NCBI GenBank assembly: GCA_051313645.2
Contig: JBNRSN020000089.1
Location: 2,294,001-2,358,000, forward strand
Length of the DNA: 64,000 nt
Source: Centroscyllium fabricii
Lineage: Eukaryota
Direction: 5' to 3'
How positions within the stretch are numbered: position 1 is the first letter of the stretch; every line of letters starts with the position of its first letter. The translations under genes were made by a program, and so were the position numbers. The notes below the pieces were generated by a model that saw only the letters and a list, made by a program, of their open reading frames with translations, did no database searches and had not been told where the DNA came from. Of the stretch, positions 47,441 through 62,200 are shown in pieces.

Positions 47441-50400
47441 TCCATCTGTGTACAATACATCAGACACTGTCCATCTTGTGTTCAATACACCAGACAATGT
47501 CGATCTGTGAACAATACATCAGACAATTTCCATCTGTGAACAATACTTCAGACAAAGTCCATCTATGAACAATACATCAGACAATGTCCACCTGTGTGCA
47601 ATACATCAGACAATATACATCTGTGAACAATACATCAAACAATATCCATCTGTGTACACTAAATCAGACAATATCCATCTGTGTACAGTACATCAGACAA
47701 TATCCATCTGTGTACAATACATCAGGAAATATCCATCTGTGAACAATACATCAGACAATATCCACCTGTGTACAATACATCAGACAATATCAATCTGTGT
47801 ACAATACATCAGATAATGTCCATCTGTGAACAATAAACCAGACATTATCCATCTATGAACAATACATCAGACAATATCCATCTGTGAACAATACATCAGA
47901 CAATGTCCCTCTGTGTACAATACATCAGACAATGTCCATCTTGTGTACAATACATCAGATAATGTCCATCTGTGTACAATACATCAGACAATGTCTATCT
48001 GTGAAAAATACATCAAACTATGTCCATCTGTGTACAATACATCAGACAATGTCCATCTGTGTACAATACATCAGACAATGTCCATCTTGTGTAGAATTGA
48101 TCAGACAATGTCCATCTGTGTACAATACATCAGACAATGTCCAGCTGTGTACAATACATCAGACAATGTCCCTCTGTGTACAATAAATCAGACAATGTCC
48201 ATCTGTGTACAATACATCCGACAATATCCATCCGTGAACAATACTTCAGACAAAGTCAATCTATGAACAATATATCAGACAATGTCCATCTGTGTACCAT
48301 ACATCAGACAATATCCATCTGTGTACAATACATCAGACAATATCCATCTGTGTACAATACATCAGACAATCTCCATCTGTTTACAGTACATCAGAAAATA
48401 TCCATCTGTGAACAATACATCAGACAATATCCATCTTTGTACAATACATCAGACAATATCCTTCTGTGTACAATACATCTGTCAATGTCCATCTGTGAAC
48501 AATAAATCAGACATTATCCAACTATGAACAATACATCAGACAATGTCCATCTCTGAACAATACATCGGAAAATGTCCCTCTGTGTACAATACATCAGACC
48601 GTGTCCATCTTGTTTACAATACATCAGACAATGTCCATCTGTGTACAATACATCAGACAATGTCTATCTGTGAACAATACATCAGACAATATCCATCTGT
48701 GAACAACACATCAGACAATGTCCATCTGTGTACAATACATCAGACAATGTCCAACTGTGTACAATACATCAGACAATGTCCCTCTGTGTACAATAAATCA
48801 GACTATGTCCATCTGTGTACAATACATCCGACAATATCCATCTGTGAACAATACTTCAGACAAAGTCCATCTATGAACAATACATCAGACAATGTCCATC
48901 TGTGTACCATACATCAGACAATATCCATCTGTGTACAACACATCAGACAATATCCATCTGTGTACAATATATCAGACAATGTCCATCTGTTTACAATTCA
49001 TCAGAAAATATCCATCTGTGAACAATACATCAGACAATATCCATCTTTGTACAATACATCAGACAATATCCTTCTGTGTACAATACATCAGACAGTGTCC
49101 ATCTTGTGTACAATACATCAGACAATGTCCATCTGTGTACAGTACATCAGACAATGTCTATCTGTTAACAATACATCAGACAATATCCATCTGTGAACAA
49201 TACATCAGACAATGTCCATCTGTGTACAATACATCAGACAATGTCCAGCTGTGTACAATACATCAGACAATGTCCCTCTGTGTACAATAAATCAGACAAT
49301 GTCCATCTGTGTACAATACATCCGACAATATCCATCTGTGAACAATACTTCAGACAAAGTCCATCTATGAACAATACATCAGACAATGTCCATCTGTGTA
49401 CCATATATCATACAATATCCATCTGTGTACAATACATCAGACTATATCCATCTGTGTACAATACATCAGACAATGTCCATCTGTTTACAATAAATCAGAC
49501 ATTATCCATCTATGAACAATACATCAGACAATGTCCATCTGTGAACAATACATCGGACAATGTCCCTCTGTGTACAATATATCAGACAGTGTCCATCTTG
49601 TGTACAATACATCAGACAATGTCCATCTGTGTACAATACATCAGACAATGTCTATCTGTGAACAATACATCAGACAATGTCCATCTGTGTACAATACATC
49701 AGACAATGTCCATCTGTGTACAATACATCAGACAATGCCCATCTTGTGTACAATACATCAGACAATATCCATCTATGTACAATACATCAGACAATGTCCA
49801 TCTGTGTACAATACATCAGACAACGTCCATCTGTGTACAATAAATCAGACTATGTCCATCTGTGTACAATACATCAGACAATGTCCATCTATGAACAATA
49901 CATCAGGCAATATCCATCTGTGAACAAAACTTCAGAAAATGTCCATCTGTGTACAATACATCAGACAATGTCCATCTGTGAACAATACATCAGACAATGT
50001 CCATCTGTGTACAATACATCAGACACTGTCCATCTTGTGTACAATACATTAGACAATGTCGATCTGTGAACAATACATCAGACAATATCCATCTGTGAAC
50101 AAACAATTCAGACAAAGTCCATCTATGAACAATACATCAGACAATGTCCACCTGTGTGCAATACATCAGACAATATACATCTGTGAACAATATATCAAAC
50201 AATATCCATCTGTGTACACTACATCAGACAATGTCCATCTGTGTACAATACATCAGGAAATATGCATCTGTGAACAATACATCAGACAATATCCACCTGT
50301 GTACAATACATCAGACAATATCAATCTGTGTACAATACGTCAGACAATGTCCATCTGTGAACAATTAACCAGATATTATCCATCTATGAACAATACATCA

Positions 50401-53400
50401 GACAATATCCATCTGTGAACAATACATCAGACAATGTCCCTCTATGTACAATACATCAGACAATGTCCATCTTGTGTACAATACATCAGACAATGTCCAT
50501 CTGTGTACAATACATCAGACAATGTCTATCTGTGAAAAATACATCAGACAATGTCCATCTGTGTACAATACATCAGACAATGTCCATCTGTGTACAATAC
50601 ATCAGACAATGTCCATCTTGTGTAGAATAGATCAGACAATGTCCATCTGTGTACAATATATCAGACAATGTCCAGCTGTGTACAATACATCAGACAATGT
50701 CCCTCTGTGTACAATAAATCAGACAATGTCCATCTGTGTACAATACATCCGACAATATCAATCCGTGAACAATACTTCAGACAAAGTCCATCTATGAACA
50801 ATATATCAGACAATGTCCATCTGTGTACCATACATCAGACAATATCCATCTGTGTACAATACATCAGACAATATCCATCTGTGTACAATACATCAGACAA
50901 TGTCCATCTGTTTACAGTACATCAGAAAATATCCATCTGTGAACAATACATCAGACAATATCCATCTTTGTACAATACATCAGACAATATCCTTCTGTGT
51001 ACAATACATCTGTCAATGTCCATCTGTGAACAATAAATCAGACATTATCCATCTATGAATAATACATCAGACAATGTCCATCTGTGAACAATACATCGGA
51101 CAATGTCCCTCTGTGTACAATACATCAGACAGTGTCCATCTTGTGTACAATACATCAGACAATTTCCATCTGTGTACAATAAATCAGACAATGTCTATCT
51201 GTGAACAATACATCAGACAATATCCATCTGTGAACAACACATCAGACAATGTCCATCTGTGTACAATATATCAGACAATGTCCAGCTGTGTACAATACAT
51301 CAGACAATGTCCCTCTGTGTACAATACATCAGACAATGTCCGTCTGTGTACAATGCATCCGACAATATCCATCTGTGAACAATAATTCAGACAAAGTCCA
51401 TCTATGAACAATACATCAGACAATGTCCATCTGTGTACCATACATCAGACAATATCCATCTGTGTACAATACATCAGACAATATCCATCTGTGTACAATA
51501 CATCAGACAATGTCCATCTGTTTACAATTCATCAGAAAATAACCATCTGTGAACAATACATCAGACAATATCCATCTTTGTACAATAGATCAGACAATAT
51601 CCTTCTGTGTACAATACATCAGTCAATGTCCATCTGTGAACAATAAATCAGACATTATCCATCTATGAACAATACATCAGACAATGTCCATCTGTGAACA
51701 ATACATCGGACAATGTCCCTCTGTGTACAATACATCAGACAGGATCCATCTTGTGTACAATACATCAGACAATGTCCATCTGTGTACAATACATCAGACA
51801 ATGTCTATCTGTGAACAATACATCAGACAATGTCCATCTGTGTACAATACATCAGACAATGTCCATCTGTGTACAATACATCAGACAATGTCCATCTTGT
51901 GTACAATACATCAGACAATGTTCATCTGTGTACAATACATCAGACAATGTCAATCTGTGTACAATACATCAGACAATGTCCATCTGTGTACAATAAATCA
52001 GACTATGTCCCTCTGTGTAGAATACATCAGACAATGTCCATCTGTGTACAATACATCAGACAATGTCCATCTGTGTACAATACACCAGACAATGTCCATC
52101 TGTGTACAATAAATCAGACTATGTCCATCTGTGTACAATACATCAGACAATGTCCATCTATGAACAATAAAGCAGACAATGTCCATCTTGTGTACAATAC
52201 ATCAGACAATGTCCATCTGTGTACAATACATCGGACAATGTCCAGCTGTGTACAATACATCAGACAATGTCCCTCTGTGTACAATAAATCAGACAATGTC
52301 CAACTGTGTACAATAAATCTGAAAATATCCATCTGTGAACAATACTTCAGACAAAGTCCAACTATGAACAATACATCAGACAATGTCCATCTGTGTACAA
52401 TACATCAGACAATATCCATCTGTGTACAATACATCAGACAATCTCCATCTGTTTACAGTACATCAGAAAATATCCATCTGTGAACAATACATCAGACAAT
52501 ATCCATCTTTGTACAATACATCAGACAATATCCTTCTGTGTACAATACATCTGTCAATGTCCATCTGTGAACAATAAATCAGACATTATCCAACTATGAA
52601 CAATACATCAGACAATGTCCATCTCTGAACAATACATCGGACAATGTCCCTCTGTGTACAATACATCAGACCGTGTCCATCTTGTTTACAATACATCAGA
52701 CAATGTCCATCTGTGTACAATACATCAGACAATGTCTATCTGTGAACAATACATCAGACAATATCCATCTGTGAACAACACATCAGACAATGTCCATCTG
52801 TGTACAATACATCAGACAATGTCCAACTGTGTACAATACATCAGACAATGTCCCTCTGTGTACAATAATTCAGACTATGTCCATCTGTGTACAATACATC
52901 CGACAATATCCATCTGTGAACAATACTTCAGACAAAGTCCATCTATGAACAATACATCAGACAATGTCCATCTGTGTACCATACATCAGACAATATCCAT
53001 CTGTGTACAACACATCAGACAATATCCATCTGTGTACAATATATCAGACAATGTCCATCTGTTTACAATTCATCAGAAAATATCCATCTGTGAACAATAC
53101 ATCAGACAATATCCATCTTTGTACAATACATCAGACAATATCCTTCTGTGTACAATACATCAGACAGTGTCCATCTTGTGTACAATACATCAGACAATGT
53201 CCATCTGTGTACAGTACATCAGACAATGTCTATCTGTTAACAATACATCAGACAATATCCATCTGTGAACAATACATCAGACAATGTCCATCTGTGTACA
53301 ATACATCAGACAATGTCCAGCTGTGTACAATACATCAGACAATGTCCCTCTGTGTACAATAAATCAGACAATGTCCATCTGTGTACAATACATCCGACAA

Positions 53401-56400
53401 TATCCATCTGTGAACAATACTTCAGACAAAGTCCATCTATGAACAATACATCAGACAATGTCCATCTGTGTACCATATATCATACAATATCCATCTGTGT
53501 ACAATACATCAGACTAAATCCATCTGTGTACAATACATCAGACAATGTCCATCTGTTTACAATAAATCAGACATTATCCATCTATGAACAATACATCAGA
53601 CAATGTCCATCTGTGAACAATACATCGGACAATGTCCCTCTGTGTACAATATATCAGACAGTGTCCATCTTGTGTACAATACATCAGACAATGTCCATCT
53701 GTGTACAATACATCAGACAATGTCTATCTGTGAACAATACATCAGACAATGTCCATCTGTGTACAATACATCAGACAATGTCCATCTGTGTACAATACAT
53801 CAGACAATGCCCATCTTGTGTACAATACATCAGACAATATCCATCTATGTACAATACATCAGACAATGTCCATCTGTGTACAATACATCAGACAACGTCC
53901 ATCTGTGTACAATAAATCAGACTATGTCCATCTGTGTACAATACATCAGACAATGTCCATCTATGAACAATACATCAGGCAATATCCATCTGTGAACAAA
54001 ACTTCAGAAAATGTCCATCTGTGTACAATACATCAGACAATGTCCATCTGTGAACAATACATCAGACAATGTCCATCTGTGTACAATACATCAGACACTG
54101 TCCATCTTGTGTACAATACATTAGACAATGTCGATCTGTGAACAATACATCAGACAATATCCATCTGTGAACAAACAATTCAGACAAAGTCCATCTATGA
54201 ACAATACATCAGACAATGTCCACCTGTGTGCAATACATCAGACAATATACATCTGTGAACAATACATCAAACAATATCCATCTGTGTACACTACATCAGA
54301 CAATGTCCATCTGTGTACAATACATCAGGAAATATGCATCTGTGAACAATACATCAGACAATATCCACCTGTGTACAATACATCAGACAATATCAATCTG
54401 TGTACAATACGTCAGACAATGTCCATCTGTGAACAATTAACCAGATATTATCCATCTATGAACAATACATCAGACAATATCCATCTGTGAACAATACATC
54501 AGACAATGTCCCTCTATGTACAATACATCAGACAATGTCCATCTTGTGTACAATACATCAGACAATGTCCATCTGTGTACAATACATCAGACAATGTCTA
54601 TCTGTGAAAAATACATCAGACAATGTCCATCTGTGTACAATACATCAGACAATGTCCATCTGTGTACAATACATCAGACAATGTCCATCTTGTGTAGAAT
54701 AGATCAGACAATGTCCATCTGTGTACAATATATCAGACAATGTCCAGCTGTGTACAATACATCAGACAATGTCCCTCTGTGTACAATAAATCAGACAATG
54801 TCCATCTGTGTACAATACATCCGACAATATCAATCCGTGAACAATACTTCAGACAAAGTCCATCTATGAACAATATATCAGACAATGTCCATCTGTGTAC
54901 CATACATCAGACAATATCCATCTGTGTACAATACATCAGACAATATCCATCTGTGTACAATACATCAGACAATGTCCATCTGTTTACAGTACATCAGAAA
55001 ATATCCATCTGTGAACAATACATCAGACAATATCCATCTTTGTACAATACATCAGACAATATCCTTCTGTGTACAATACATCTGTCAATGTCCATCTGTG
55101 AACAATAAATCAGACATTATCCATCTATGAATAATACATCAGACAATGTCCATCTGTGAACAATACATCGGACAATGTCCCTCTGTGTACAATACATCAG
55201 ACAGTGTCCATCTTGTGTACAATACATCAGACAATTTCCATCTGTGTACAATAAATCAGACAATGTCTATCTGTGAACAATACATCAGACAATATCCATC
55301 TGTGAACAACACATCAGACAATGTCCATCTGTGTACAATATATCAGACAATGTCCAGCTGTGTACAATACATCAGACAATGTCCCTCTGTGTACAATACA
55401 TCAGACAATGTCCGTCTGTGTACAATGCATCCGACAATATCCATCTGTGAACAATAATTCAGACAAAGTCCATCTATGAACAATACATCAGACAATGTCC
55501 ATCTGTGTACCATACATCAGACAATATCCATCTGTGTACAATACATCAGACAATATCCATCTGTGTACAATACATCAGACAATGTCCATCTGTTTACAAT
55601 TCATCAGAAAATAACCATCTGTGAACAATACATCAGACAATATCCATCTTTGTACAATAGATCAGACAATATCCTTCTGTGTACAATACATCAGTCAATG
55701 TCCATCTGTGAACAATAAATCAGACATTATCCATCTATGAACAATACATCAGACAATGTCCATCTGTGAACAATACATCGGACAATGTCCCTCTGTGTAC
55801 AATACATCAGACAGTGTCCATCTTGTGTACAATACATCAGACAATGTCCATCTGTGTACAATACATCAGACAATGTCTATCTGTGAACAATACATCAGAC
55901 AATGTCCATCTGTGTACAATACATCAGACAATGTCCATCTGTGTACAATACATCAGACAATGTCCATCTTGTGTACAATACATCAGACAATGTTCATCTG
56001 TGTACAATACATCAGACAATGTCAATCTGTGTACAATACATCAGACAATGTCCATCTGTGTACAATAAATCAGACTATGTCCCTCTGTGTAGAATACATC
56101 AGACAATGTCCATCTGTGTAGAATACATCAGACAATGTGCATCTGTGTACAATACATCAGACAATGTCCATCTGTGTACAATAAATCAGACTATGTCCAT
56201 CTGTGTACAATACATCAGACAATGTCCATCTATGAACAATAAAGCAGACAATGTCCATCTTGTGTACAATACATCAGACAATGTCCATCTCTGTACAATA
56301 CATCGGACAATGTCCAGCTGTGTACAATACATCAGACAATGTCCCTCTGTGTACAATAAATCAGACAATGTCCATCTGTGTACAATAAATCCGAAAATAT

Positions 56401-59220
56401 CCATCTGTGAACAATACTTCAGACAAAGTCCATCTATGAACAATACATCAGACAATGTCCATCTGTGTATCATACATCAGACAATATCCATCTGTGAACA
56501 ATTCATCAGAAAATATCAATCTGTGTACAATACATCAGACAATGTCCATCTGTGTACGATACATCAGACAATTTTCATCTCTGTACAACACATCAGACAA
56601 TGTCCATCTGTGTACAATACATCAGACAATATTCATCTATGAACAATACTTCAGACAATGTCCATCTGTGTACAATACATCAGACAATGTCTATCTGTGA
56701 ACAATAATTCAGACAATGTCCATCGGTGTACAATACATCAGACAATGTCCATCTGTGAACAATATATCAGACAATGTCCATCTGTGTACATTACATCAGA
56801 CACTGTCCATCTTGTGTACAATACACCAGACAATGTCGATCTGTGAACAATACATCAGACAATATCCATCTGGGAACAATACTTCAGACAAATTCCATCT
56901 ATGAACAATACATCAGACAATGTCCACCTGTGTGCAATACATCAGACAATATACATCTGTGAACAATACATCAAACAATATCCATCTGTGTACACTAAAT
57001 CAGACAATATCCATCTGTGTACAATACATCAGACAATATCCATCTGTGTACAATACATCAGGAAATATCCATCTGTGAACAATACATCAGACAATATCCA
57101 CCTGTGTACAATACATCAGACAATATCAATCTGTGTACAATACATCAGACAATGTCCATCTGTGAACAATAAACCAGACATTATCCATCTATGAACAATA
57201 CATCAGACAATATCCATCTGTGAACAATACATCAGACAATATCCCTCTGTGTACAATACATCAGACAATGTCCATCTTGTGTACAATACATCAGATAATG
57301 TCCATCTGTGTACAATACATCAGACAATGTCTATCTGTGAAAAATACATCAGACTATGTCCATCTGTGTACAATACATCAGACAATGTCCATCTGTGTAC
57401 AATACATCAGACAATGTCCATCTTGTGTAGAATTGATCAGACAATGTCCATCTGTGTACAATACATCAGACAATGTCCAGCTGTGTACAGTACATCAGAC
57501 AATGTCCCTCTGTGTACAATAAATCAGACAATGTCCATCTGTGTACAATACATCCGACAATATCCATCCGTGAACAATACTTCAGACAAAGTCAATCTAT
57601 GAACAATATATCAGACAATGTCCATCTGTGTACCATACATCAGACAATATCCATCTGTGTACAATACATCAGACAATATCCATCTGTGTACAATACATCA
57701 GACAATCTCCATCTGTTTACAGTACATCAGAAAATATCCATCTGTGAACAATACATCAGACAATATCCATCTTTGTACAATACATCAGACAATATCCTTC
57801 TGTGTACAATACATCTGTCAATGTCCATCTGTGAACAATAAATCAGACATTATCCAACTATGAACAATACATCAGACAATGTCCATCTCTGAACAATACA
57901 TCGGACCATGTCCCTCTGTGTACAATACATCAGACAGTGTCCATCTTGTTTACAATACATCAGACAATGTCCATCTGTGTACAATACATCAGACAATGTC
58001 TATCTGTGAACAATACATCAGACAATATCCATCTGTGAACAACACATCAGACAATGTCCATCTGTGTACAATACATCAGACAATGTCCAGCTGTGTACAA
58101 TACATCAGACAATGTCCCTCTGTGTACAATAAATCAGACAATGTCCATCTGTGTACAATACATCCGACAATATCCATCTGTGAACAATAATTCAGACAAA
58201 GTCCATCTATGAACAATACATCAGACAATGTCCATCTGTGTACCATACATCAGACAATATCCATCTGTGTACATCACATCAGACAATATCCATCTGTGTA
58301 CAATATATCAGACAATGTCCATCTGTTTACAATTCATCAGAAAATATCCATCTGTGAACAATACATCAGACAATATCCATCTTTGTACAATACATCAGAC
58401 AATATCCTTCTGTGTACAATACATCAGACAGTGTCCATCTTGTGTACAATACATCAGACAATGGCCATCTGTGTACAGTACATCAGACAATGTCTATCTG
58501 TTAACAATACATCAGACAATATCCATCTGTGAACAATACATCAGACAATGTCCATCTGTGTACAATACATCAGACAATGTCCAGCTGTGTACAATACATC
58601 AGACAATGTCCCTCTGTGTACAATAAATCAGACAATGTCCATCTGTGTACAATACATCCGACAATATCCATCTGTGAACAATACTTCAGACAAAGTCCAT
58701 CTATGAACAATACATCAGACAATGTCCATCTGTGTACCATATATCATACAATATCCATCTGTGTACAATACATCAGACTATATCCATCTGTGTACAATAC
58801 ATCAGACAATGTCCATCTGTTTACAATAAATCAGACATTATCCATCTATGAACAATACATCAGACAATGTCCATCTGTGAACAATACATCGGACAATGTC
58901 CCTCTCTGTACAATATATCAGACAGTGTCCATCTTGTGTACAATACATCAGACAATGTCCATCTGTGTACAATACATCAGACAATGTCTATCTGTGAACA
59001 ATACATCAGACAATGTCCATCTGTGTACAATACATCAGACAATGTCCAGCTGTGTACAATACATCAGACAATGCCCATCTTGTGTACAATACATCAGACA
59101 ATATCCATCTGTGTACAATATATCAGACAATGTCCATCTGTGTACAATACATCAGACAACGTCCATCTGTGTACAATAAATCAGACTATGTCCATCTGTG
59201 TACAATACCTCAGACAATGT
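45000..59220 (+). repeat. Older 5264-bp period interrupted by the 4072-bp duplication (offsets 5264 and 9336 = 5264 + 4072)
   Basis: ORF pairs 45151/50415, 45810/51074, 46420/51684 and 52615/57879 are offset by 5264, and 46850/56186, 47565/56901, 47884/57220, 48543/57879 and 49531/58867 by 9336. Confidence 0.82.
48300..56440 (+). repeat. Near-identical tandem block duplication, offset 4072 bp (junction ~52370)
   Basis: ORF pairs 48543/52615, 49193/53265, 50056/54128, 51074/55146 and 51684/55756. A private insertion GAACAAACAATTC is at 50101/54173, with TACGTCAG at ~50337/54409 and AATAACCATC at ~51538/55610. Confidence 0.95.
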
Positions 59221-62200
59221 CCATCTATGAACAATAAAGCAGACAATGTCCATCTTGTGTACAATACATCAGACAATGTCCATCTGTGTACAATACATCA
59301 GACAATGTCCAGCTGTGTACAATACATCAGACAATGTCCCTCTGTGAACAATAAATCAGACAATGTCCATCTGTGTACAATAATTCCGACAATATCCATC
59401 TGTGAACAATATTTCATACAAAGTCCATCTATGAACAATACATCAGACAATGTCCATCTGTGTATCATACATCAGACAATATCCATCTGTGAACAATTCA
59501 TTCAGAAAATATCAAATCTGTGTACAATACATCAGACAATGTCCATCTGTGTACGATACATCAGACAATTTTCATCCCTGTACAACACATCAGACCATGT
59601 CCATCTGTGTACAATACATCAGACAATATCCATCTATGAACAATACTTCAGACAATGTCCATCTGTGTACAATACATCAGACAATGTCTATCTGTGAACA
59701 ATACTTCAGAGAATGTCCATCTGTGTACAATACATCAGACAATATCCATCTGTGAACAATACATCAGACAATGTCCATCTGTGTACAATATATCAGACAC
59801 TGTCCATCTTGTGTACAATACCCCAGACAATGTCGATCTGTGAACAATACATCAGACAATATCCATCTGTGAACAATACTTCAGACAAAGTCCATCTATG
59901 AACAATACATCAGACAATGTCCACCTGTGTGCAATACATCAGACAATATACATCTGTGAACAATACATCAAACAATATCCTTCTGTGTACACTACATCAG
60001 AAAATATCCATCTGTGTACAATACATCAGACAATGTCTATCTGTGAACAATACATCAGACAATATCCATCTGTGAACAACACATCAGACAATGTCCATCT
60101 GTGTACAATATATCAGACAATGTCCAGCTGTGTACAATACATCAGACAATGTCCCCCTGTGTACAATAAATCAGACATTGTCCGTCTGTATACAATACAT
60201 CCGACAATATCCATCTGTGAACAATATTTCAGACAAAGTCCATCTATGAACAATACATCAGACAATGTCCATCTGTGTACCATTATTCAGACAATATCCA
60301 TCTGTGTACAATACATCAGACAATATCCATCTGTGTACAATACATCAGACAATGTCCATCTGTTTACAATTCATCAGAAAATATCCATCTGTGAACAATA
60401 CATCAGACAATATCCATTTTGTACAATACATCAGACAATATCGTTCTGTTTACAATACATCAGACAGTGTCCATCTTGTGTACAATACATCAGACAATGT
60501 CCATCTGTGTACAATACATCAGACAATGTCTATCTGTGAACAATACATCAGACAATATCCATCTGTGAACAATACATCAGACAATGTCCATCTGTGTACA
60601 ATACATCAGACAATGTCCAGCTGTATACAATACATCAGACAATGTCCCTCTGTGTACAATAAATCAGACAATGTCCATCTGTGTACAATACATCCGACAA
60701 TATCCATCTGTGAACAATACTTCAGACAAAGTCCATCTATGAACAATACATCAGACAATGTCCATCTGTGTACCATGCATCATACAATATCCATCTGTGT
60801 ACAATACATCAGACTATATCCATCTGTGTACAATACATCAGACAATGTCCATCTGTTTACAATTCATCAGAAAATATCCATCTGTGAACAATACATCAGA
60901 CAATATCCATCTTTGTACAATACATCATACAATATCCTTCTGTGTATAATACATCAGTCAATGTCCATCTGTGAACAATAAATCAGACATTATCCATCTA
61001 TGAACAATACATCAGACAATGTCCATCTGTGAACAATACATCGGACATTGTCCCTCTGTCTACAATACATCAGACAGTGTCCATCTTGTGTACAATACAT
61101 CAGACAATGTCCATCTGTGTACAATACATCAGACAATGTCTATCTGTGAACAATACATCAGACAATGTCCATCTGTGTACAATACATCAGACAATGTCCA
61201 TCTGTGTACAATACATCAGACAATGTCCATCTTGTGTACAATACACCAGACAATGTCCATCTGTGTACAATACATCAGACAATGTCCATCTGTGTACAAT
61301 ACATCAGACAATGTCCACCTGTCTACAATAAATCAGACTATGTCCCTCTGTGTACAATACATCAGACAATGTCCATCTGTGTACAATACATCAGACAATG
61401 TCCATCTGTGTACAATAAATCAGACTATGTCCATCTGTGTACAATACATCAGACAATGTCCATCTATGAACAATAAAGCAGACAATGTCCATCTTATGTA
61501 CAATACATCAGACAATGTCCATCTGTGTACAATACATCGGACAATGACCAGCTGTGTACAATACATCAGACAATGTCACTCTGTGTACAATAAATCAGAC
61601 AATGTCCATCTGTGTACAATAAATCCGACAATATCCATCTGTGAACAATATTTCTGACAAAGTCCATCTATGAACAATACATCAGACAATGTCCATCTGT
61701 GTATCATACATCAGACAATATCCATCTGTGAACAATTCATCAGAAAATATCAATCTGTGTACAATACATCAGACAATGTCCATCTGTGTACGATACATCA
61801 GACAATGTTCATCTCTGTACAACACATCAGACAATGTCCATCTGTGTACAATACATCAGACAATATCCATCTATGAACAATACTTCAGACAATGTCCATC
61901 TGTGTACAATACATCAGACAATGTCTATCTGTGAACAATAATTCAGACAATGTCCATCTGTGTACAATACATCAGACAATGTCCATCTGTGAACAATACA
62001 TCAGACAATGTCCATCTGTGTACAATACATCAGACACTGTCCATCTTGTGTACAATACACCAGACAATGTCGATCTGTGAACAATACATCAGACAATATC
62101 CATCTGGGAACAATACTTCAGACAAAATCCATCTATGAACAATACATCAGACAATGTCCACCTGTGTGCAATACATCAGACAATATACATCTGTGAACAA

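Noticed and set aside
2025-56473. Minus-strand ORFs (60-95 aa)
   Set aside because: They arise only where variants such as CGG, CCG or a 30-mer remove or shift the TGA of the reverse-complement monomer. They recur at duplication offsets.
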